DNA of 64,000 nucleotides, taken from Ginglymostoma cirratum. Lineage: Eukaryota. The position numbers and the translations under genes were made by a program. The stretch lies in the NCBI GenBank assembly GCA_024137785.1, contig JAHRHZ010000029.1, forward strand, positions 15,578,725-15,642,724. Reading direction: 5' to 3'. The notes under the pieces were generated by a model. The model saw only the letters and a program-made list of their open reading frames with translations, had not been told where the DNA came from and did no database searches. Every line of letters begins with the position of its first letter. Position 1 is the first letter of the stretch. Of the stretch, positions 12,201-21,200 are shown in pieces.

Positions 12201-15200
12201 CCCTGACTCAGCTGCAGAGAAGGTACACCGGCAGCCTCATTCATACAAGACCACTCACTGAACAGCTCAGGAATCTTCTAAAGGTGTAGATCAGGTGCCT
12301 GGAAGACTCAGTGCCGTGGGCGCCTCCCAGAATCAATGTGATCTTCTGCATGTTCCACAGTTTTCTACTGAGAACAGTTCAGTCTGGACCCCAGTGAGGA
12401 ATGCATCCACCCCTCAGATAAGGTGTTGGAAACATTCAGTACCCACAAGGCTGGTGAGGTGAATGTCAACAAGAGAACGCTCCCACTCATCCATCCACTT
12501 GCTCTAAGCAATTCATGTAGGACCCCATCATCACCAGATGCAATGGCTCATTGTTTGATGGGTCTGTGCCCTGAGGTTGTAAGCTGATTAGGAGTTCAGA
12601 CTAAGTGACCTGGTTACGTTAGGGAACAGACATTAGAAAGATCCAGAAGGGTAGAGGATTGATGGACCACAGAAAGATGTACTATTTAGCTTGGCTAACA
12701 TAATAAATTATTTAGACTTTATGTACATGCTTGTTAAAACAATGATGATAGTTACTATTTTTTCACAGATAAATGTATTTCTTTTATTTGTGCATTCCTA
12801 GTTCCTTGCTTAACACAACTAAACTTATCTAAACAACACAGTGGTTCCATTAACGCTCTAACTGGCACTGTTGCCTTTGCTCTCAAACACTCCTAAGTAG
12901 TGTCCCCCTTGTGGCCACGGGGAAGGTGAAGACAGGTTGAAGACATCTCCCTGAATATATGGCTGTAAAGGTTTGGGGGTTTAGCTTCATTTTGCAGGGA
13001 CTCCCGATTAGACTGCATCACCTGCATCCCTGCCAGGGCAGCCTTCCTTGCTTGGACCCAGGACACAGAACACCCGGCTGAGGGGCTGAGGAATCAGAGG
13101 ACGAGGAGATCCAATCTAAATGCACTGAACCCTCGTCTCTTCCTCGGAATGCAAAGGTCCTTGGGATAGTGTCCTCATCACTGGACAGTGTGTGGTGCTG
13201 GAGTTCATCTTCCATATTGTCGCTTGCCATGAAATGTATGGAACCTTCCAATCCCATGATCTCCAGGATCCAGAAGGAAAATAGTAGCCAGTGTGTGAGG
13301 ACACCCTCACCACCAAATTGACTCCTGGGAGGTTCATGGAGTAAAGAAGAAGCATTTTTTTTATATTTCTGATTCTTCATGTTGAGTGCAGTACTTCTCT
13401 AATCTGATCCTTCTTTGTCCCTCCAATATAGACTTGCACTGTGACATCTTAAATTCTAAACCTATGTCTATACATATATTAAGACGTTCCTTTGACTGGT
13501 GTCAGCTGCAAGCTAACCTGTCTACTTTTGCATATTCAGACTGATGTTATGCACCAAAGTGTGTACGATTTCATCCATGTTGATGATCGGCAGGAGTTCC
13601 AGAGGCAGCTACACTGGGCCATGAATCCACCCCAACAGGCATCTGGGCCAGATCGTCCAGGACAGGGAGCTAATGGTGCGTACATTCAGTCTGCTTTCTC
13701 ATTACCCTCAATGCATCATGGAGTAGGAGAAGTGAGCTCTGCCCTTGTACAGTAGCAGTAGGACAAAATTGACTTGGGGTTGTATGAACAGGTGGTGCTG
13801 TACCTTCTTGCCTTACAGCACAATTCAGTAATTCTCTAAACTGTATCAGAGGGCATTAATACTCCACAGCATAGTGTTGGATTGCAGTCAAATATAGACC
13901 AGACCAGGCCAGATTCTCCCATTTAATGAACTGGTTGGAGAGTATAATCTTAACTTTGCACAATAACAGAAAATTGATGATAGTCCATCAGCAACCCTTT
14001 CGACATCTCCCAATTTTCAATTCCATTGATTTCAATATTTATAATGTAGCACAAAGTCAAAATTCCACCTCAGACTTGGGTCTTCCATCAATGTGGCAGC
14101 TTTCATTGCTGTGTTTCTACTGCTGGCCTGCAACTTAACAAATTAGTTGAATAGAGTTCTATCATTTTTCATGTTTTCATGTTCACAAAGGCTGGAATAT
14201 GACCTACGCTCTGTAAATATGGATGATTTTGATAAAAATGCAACAGTAGAGGACTGACATATTGCCAGCTTTATAATAGGTTATTCTTCCTCACTGAAAG
14301 TCTCTATATTGTTATTAGCTAGCTCTATCTCTGACCCAAAATGCCATCTAACAAAATCCCCACAGTATTAGAGCTCTATCAAGTTATTTTCCCTTCACTA
14401 AAACCAACCACAGAAAATGCAGCAGTGGTGTGTTTTCGAATTTCCAAAACCTGGTCGCTGTGCATAAGACTCCTTGTGGGCAGTCCAGCCTAGTCAGATT
14501 AATCGCGAAAAACAATGGGTGAACTTGCAAGTGACCAAGTGTAGAGGTAACTAGTTGGATAAATATTAAACTTTGTTAGACTTGGTATCATCTTTAGCTT
14601 AGAGGTACGCTTTCACCACTGAGGTAAAATGTTGTAGGTTTGTGTCCCATTCTAGAGAATAAAATGCATAATCTGGACTCACACTCCACTATGTTATTGA
14701 AGGAATGCTATATAGTCAGAGGTGCTGTCTTTCAGATGGAAAGTTAAAGCAAGACAGCATTTGCCCTCTGATCTGGACTTAAATATTCTGATGACCTACT
14801 ATTGTGAAGAAGAGCACAAGGTTTCTTCCAGTGTTCTGCTTAATATTTACCAATATCATGCGTCAGATTAACTAGTCAAGATCTCATTGCTGTTTGTGGG
14901 AGTTTACTATGAGTAAATGGCTTCCCAAAATTACAATAGCAAATATACTTCAAAGTTACTTCATTGGTTGGACAGCACTTTGGAGTAAGATAGAAGTGCA
15001 AGTTTTCTTTTCTTCCTTTATAGGAGTGTTTGGAACATTCTTAAGAGATGGTAAACAGATGGAGTTTATTATTAAATGGAATTCTATTTTTGTCAAGAAA
15101 ATTCAAGTACTGGTTATATTGTTTAATATCAATGATATACATAACTGAGATAAGTTTGGAAAGCCCAAAATGCAGTATCAGCTTGGCTCAGTTCATAGCA

Positions 15201-18200
15201 CTCCAGCCTCTGAGTTAGAAGGTTGAGAGTTCAAGCCAATCACAGGAGTGGAGATCATAGTCAAGTCTGATATTTCAGAACTGCAGTCCTACTCATCTGC
15301 CTGATGGCATATTAAGCCAAAGTCACATTAGTATGTCCAGATGCATATCTGTCCAGAGGACTATCTGAAGAAGAGCAGGAGGAGTTCTCTCTTTGTCATT
15401 TTCTCTCAATCAATACTGCTAAACACTGGTGAATTGATAATCACCTTTGCTGTTTATGAAATGGATGCAGTGATTGGATTCCTTGCATGGAGGCTATGAA
15501 GTACGTTCTGAAAGATATGATAAGGCTTTAGTATGCAATGCTAGTTTTCAGTCTTTTTCTAGGCTTCCAAGATATATTGAATCACCTGAAGTCTCCTATT
15601 GCTTTGTTTACTGCTATATCACTTGTAGTGGATATGACTATGACTTGTTTCTTGGTGAGAGATTAGTTATTCTGAAGCTAACTTTACTTTGTCAAATTTC
15701 AGGTGATGAGTATCGGGGCTCTTTCAAAGTTCATGACCCAAAAGTTCTGCCACCAGAGTTTTCTCCATTTTTGAACCGTTGTTTCATCAGCCGAGTGCGA
15801 TGCCTGTTGGATAGCACATCAGGATTCCTGGTATGTAAACTGTTGAGGAAAGACCTGAAGAGAAAGCTACTGCCTTCAACTGATTTGACATCCAAGGGCA
15901 GGCGCAGGGACCTGATCGCCATGACAACATTGTGAATCATCATTGGCAGGGGCCTCCAACATGACACAGCCTAAGTATAACATTTCAGTGAGAGGAGTGG
16001 TCTTGTCATGAGCGTATATCTATGTCACTATGTGCCAACCTTAGGTTCCAGTCTGCCCCATCAGAATTGTCAGGCTGGCATCTACCAGTCTCAGAGGCAT
16101 TTGGGAAATCTCTCCTGCCACTAATTCTCTAGAAAGATGACTTTTATGGCCTTCTCAGCCCTTCCACCTCCCCACTCCAAGGAAAGGCCCACAATTGCTG
16201 CCAGCAAGCTTGTTATGCCTCCTTTCTCTCAGCCTTCCAGCCTCTGAAGTTCCACTGGCCACATCCAGCAGACCTGAGACATGGATCTTCAGAGTTAGAG
16301 AGTCCTCAATCTGGCACTTCCAGATAAATGGACTCAGTCGGAATGAGTGATGGCTCACCTACTCCTCCACATGAACCAAACCATTGGAAAATGCACTGTT
16401 AGGTTAGGGCCTGGTCTGGTCATCTGCCTTCATTAAGAATACTACAGCTGATAGACCTGGAGAGCCTTCTGGTTCTCATGCTTCAGATAGGAACAGGAGT
16501 AGACTATTCAGACACTCAAGCCTATTCTGCCATTCAAATGGATCATGGTCGATCTATATCTTAATTCTGTCTACTTGCCTTGATTTTAAGATACCCAATA
16601 TCCTTACCCAACAAAATAAGAATGGATCTTCAAATTTTCAATTGATGTGGCTTCAAGAGAAAATCTGGGGAGAAATTTCCAGATTTTCACTACCTTTTAT
16701 CTGAAAAATTACTTCCTGACATCACCCACATATGGCTCAGCTCTAACTTCAAGGTTATTCCCCTCTCCTCCCTGATTCTGGACTCCTTTAGCAAAGGAAA
16801 CTGGTTCTTGATTGCTACCCTGGCAATTCTTTTAATATTTAAATATGCTAATTTGATCACTCCTTGATCTTCTAAATGCAATGGAATGGAAGTGTAATTT
16901 CTTCACTGTTTCAACCAGTCTTTGCATTCATTATTTTATTGTCTGCTCTGCTTGGTTCTTCATCTTTTCACTCGTCTCACATTCTCACGGCAGACGATGC
17001 AGTTCCAAGGCAGACTGAAGTACCTCCAGGGACAGAGGAAGAAAACTGGTTCTGGTTCCAACCTTCCACCACAGCTGGGTTTATTCTGTATTGCCGTGCC
17101 GCTGTTGTTCCCTCCCATCAGCGAGATGAATCTGAAAGGCTTGCTCCTCAAAACCAAGCACAGGCTCGACCTCAGTCCTCAGGCACTCAATGCAAAGTAA
17201 GCGACAAGTTCCCTAACTCAATCATATTAGAATGATCAGCAATGCACTTCATGAAATGGCAGTGGAAGCAAATAAACTAACTTTCAAAGTATATGCATGA
17301 GAAAGACAATTTTGCAGTGCTCTAAGGAAAGAGTGGAGGAGTAAAACAAACTGCATAGTGTCTTCAAGAGCACTGGCACTAGGATGATGAACACCTTCAG
17401 TGCTTTTTGATTCCATAATTAGTCAAACAATGTGCCATTGAGATACCTGAACTCATGTTATCTGGATTATTAATTGAAGTCTCTGAATTACTGGCTGAGT
17501 GGCCTAGCCATCATTATTACTATTATTTTGGTAAAGCCTCTGGATGCAGCAGGCACTCAGTAACCAACTAAGAACAATATATTTCCCAGCTTCAAGTCAA
17601 ATTACTTCAAAATGCATGAATTGCAGCTGCCTCCATTACCCTCCACCTCCTCCATCCCACCCTGGTCTACTTTCACTGATCACAAGCAAAGCTATTTAAA
17701 TTCAGGAAAACAACCTGTAGGGAGTCTTCAAAGGTTAGGCAATACCAGATGGCCTTTAGGGTAAACCAAAAGGAGTTCCTCTTCTGAACTCCTTTCTCAT
17801 CCTGCCTTCATTTCTTCCTAACCCACTTCTCACATCCCCTGCCCCAAACACAACTTTGGGCCTGGTTTAAATTGGAGAAGCTCCTTCTTATAACTCAAAA
17901 CAGCTCAGCCTCCGACTTGGGGAAGACTAAAGATCAGAAATGAAATTCTTAAGACCTGAGACCAGTGGATTTTTGTCGAGTAAAGAATCAAAGAGTACAG
18001 AATAAGTGCAGGTAAATGTAGTTGATCAAGTCTGCCACAATCTTAACAAATGTTAGTAAAGACTCAAGGGGCTGAATGGCCTATTTCCTTTCCTACATGG
18101 TCAGAGGTCTTTGCTCAGAAGCAAACTTGATACCAATTGAATGGAGATGAAATAAGAATTAGCATATACATTTTATTTTCAAATGTCACTGCTGGGAGAT

Positions 18201-21200
18201 AGTATTCAAATTTGGCAATGCTACAAAAGAGGCTTGGGGATGTTCTTTCTGCTGGCTGTTGAAGAATCTGCCCCTGTTCTTCTGCTTTCTCCTGCTCAGT
18301 CTTAAACTCCAATTAAATCAGATGTGGCTATTAGGGCAATGAGCTGACTGATAAATGAAAACAGAAGTTCTGTGTTTTTATTAATAGGGACAGACAAAGC
18401 AAAATTCAGCATCCAGTTTCCTCGCCCTTCCTCAGTGCCTCCCCCACCCCTGCAAATACCCACCCTCAAATTCACTATCTGACCTCAAACAATCAGGGTT
18501 ACTTCAGGACACAAAGCACTCCATCCAATAATTGGGTCAGAATACAGAATGTCAACACACATGATGCCAAATCGAGTGCTTCCAGCATTATGTTTTTGTT
18601 CTGAGAATATTTAGTTCCTGAATTCTATCCCCACCATCAAAATACTTTTGAGTTCCACCGAGCAATACAAGTCCAGCATTTCCATCTGCTGGTAAACAGC
18701 CGGAATTACACGTGCACCTAAATCCCTTTTATTGTTCTCTTAAACTGCAAAGCCAACAGTCATTGTACTTGGCAATATTTTTAAATCATTTGGAACAGAC
18801 ATTGTAGTTTAAGGAAAGTGAAATCAGCCCGATTTTGCCCCAGCTTCTGATCATTGTATTTTTCAGTTAAGCCAATGTATTGCTTTATCCCTAGATGCCT
18901 TCAAGAAGGTGGTTTTTGTCACAATATTAATTTGCGTATTAGATACTATCTAGTACTTGATATTGAATATGGTACGGTACCCCGAAATCCACAGAGGATC
19001 ATCTGATCTTTGGGTGTAAAGCAAGTTTAGTACATTCAGCATTTTTTTCATTTATTTATTCACGGGATACGGGCATTGTTGGCCAGGCAGCATTTATTGC
19101 CCATCCCTAATTGCCCAGAGGGCAGTTTAGAGTCAACCAGATTGCTGTGGGTCTGGAGTCATATGTAGGCAGACCAGGTAAGGATGGCAGTTTCCTAAAG
19201 GGCATACGTGAACAGATGGGTTTTTCTGACAATCGACAATGGATTCACAGTCATCATTAGTCTTAATTCAAGGTATTTTATTGAATTCAAATTCCACCAT
19301 CTGCCATGGCGGGACTCGAATCTGGATCCCCAGAAAGTTATCTGGGTCAACAGTCCAGCGATGATGCCACTAGGCCATTGCCTCGCTCTATCATTAAGAA
19401 CCAGCCTGCATTCAAAGTTTTGTTAAATTTTTATGCAAGCTAAATCTGGGATTTTCATTGCTGCTCTTTCAACCTGAGATGTGATATAAATGAGTCACCT
19501 TCTTTAAACACTGCAGTTCGTGGTGCGGATACAGTTAAGTACCTTGTAACATTCTTACTAAATTGACAATGAATACAATTTGTCAAAGCCAGTCTGATTT
19601 TTACATTGCATGGAATCTTATAGTATATACAATGCATTACTAGCAGCTAAGTTTCATTGCCTATGCCAGGCATCAAATCTTCCAGTGTACCTTGCACAGG
19701 ATGTCATGCTTTGGCACTTAGACCTGTGAGAGTGATAGTTTGTCATGTGCACAAGAGAAGATAATGTAGAAAATGCCTGAATTATAATAAAGCTCAAAGA
19801 GACCCTGAGCCAATTGCAATTGATCCCTCATTCAACAAAGGCTAGATATATCCTTGGAAATTAAGGTCATTTAGATCTTTTCTCTGTCCCAGTAAGGGCC
19901 AATGGACTCTCATTCGAAGGTTGCCCATTGCCTTTCCTACTGGCTTGTTTTTGACAGGGGCACCTGAGGAAATCAAAGTCGACAACTACAGTAATCAGGA
20001 TCCCCCGAGTTCATATGGTATAGTAAGTGTCCCAGAAATCTCCCTTATACTATTTGATCTTCCTGTTGCTACAAATTCTTTCTGTTTTATGGAACAGAGA
20101 AACAGGAATAGGTATTTCAGCCCGTAAAGCCTGTTCTGCCATTTTGTTAGTTTGTATCTTAACCTTCACCAATCCTGGCTGTGTAGTCTATAATATCTTT
20201 GTCTAACAAAAACCTGTTGTAATGATCCTAGCTGATATTATTACTGGACAAGCAGATCTGTTCTGAGGAAGGGTGACCAGACCCGAAACTTTAACTCTGT
20301 TTTAACCTTCACAGAAGCTGCCAGACTTGCTGAGCTTTTCCAGCAACTTTGTTTTTGAAGCAGATCCCAGACCGAAATCTAGTTGGATTATCATATTTTG
20401 TTTTTTTTGTATTTAACTAGCTTGCTTTTCACCACAAGCACACAATTCTGTAGATATGGTTCAATCAGAAAACAGAAGTTTAATATGAGAAAGAAATTAA
20501 GATAAAGCAGAATAAACCCAGCTGTTTATGTGAAATACAATTTGAAAGATTTTGAAATACAGAATAAAAATACAATCCCATCTATTCCAACACCATCATT
20601 TACAGCACTCGGTATCAGAGAGAGTCCCCTCCTTTCATACATCTAGAGGTTTGATGTATCTTTTCGTTCTATTCTCAGCTTTAGGAGTTTGATAGTCTTT
20701 TCCTCAATTATTCGCACAACTGAGCATAGAACTTCTCAACTTCAAATAACCCCTTCAGGGTTCAAACCAAACATTTTGGTTTGAAGCCTTCAACTAAAAT
20801 GGTGCCATTGAGGTAACCTATTTCCTAACTGTTCTAAACTGATTCCTTTCTCCAGGAGAAACTGTTTCTTACATCTTACGTCAGCTAGGACCTCTGTGAA
20901 CTGAAACCAAAAGTTTTCCAAGCTACAGGCTTTTCCTCTAAAAAATCAATTCCTGATTCTTCTAAACCAAATTCAAGCTACTGCTCTTTTGTTTCATTGT
21001 AAAACTCGAGCAATGCAAACAAATACACATTACCACTCAGGAACTCTCTCTCTGAGATAGCACGGTGTGGAGCTGGATGAACACATCAAGCCAAGCAGCA
21101 TCAGAAGAGCAGGAAAGCTGACGTTTTGGGCCTAGACCCTTCTTCAGAAATGGGGGAGGGTAAGGGGATTCTGAAATAAATAGGGAGAGAGGCGGACAGA

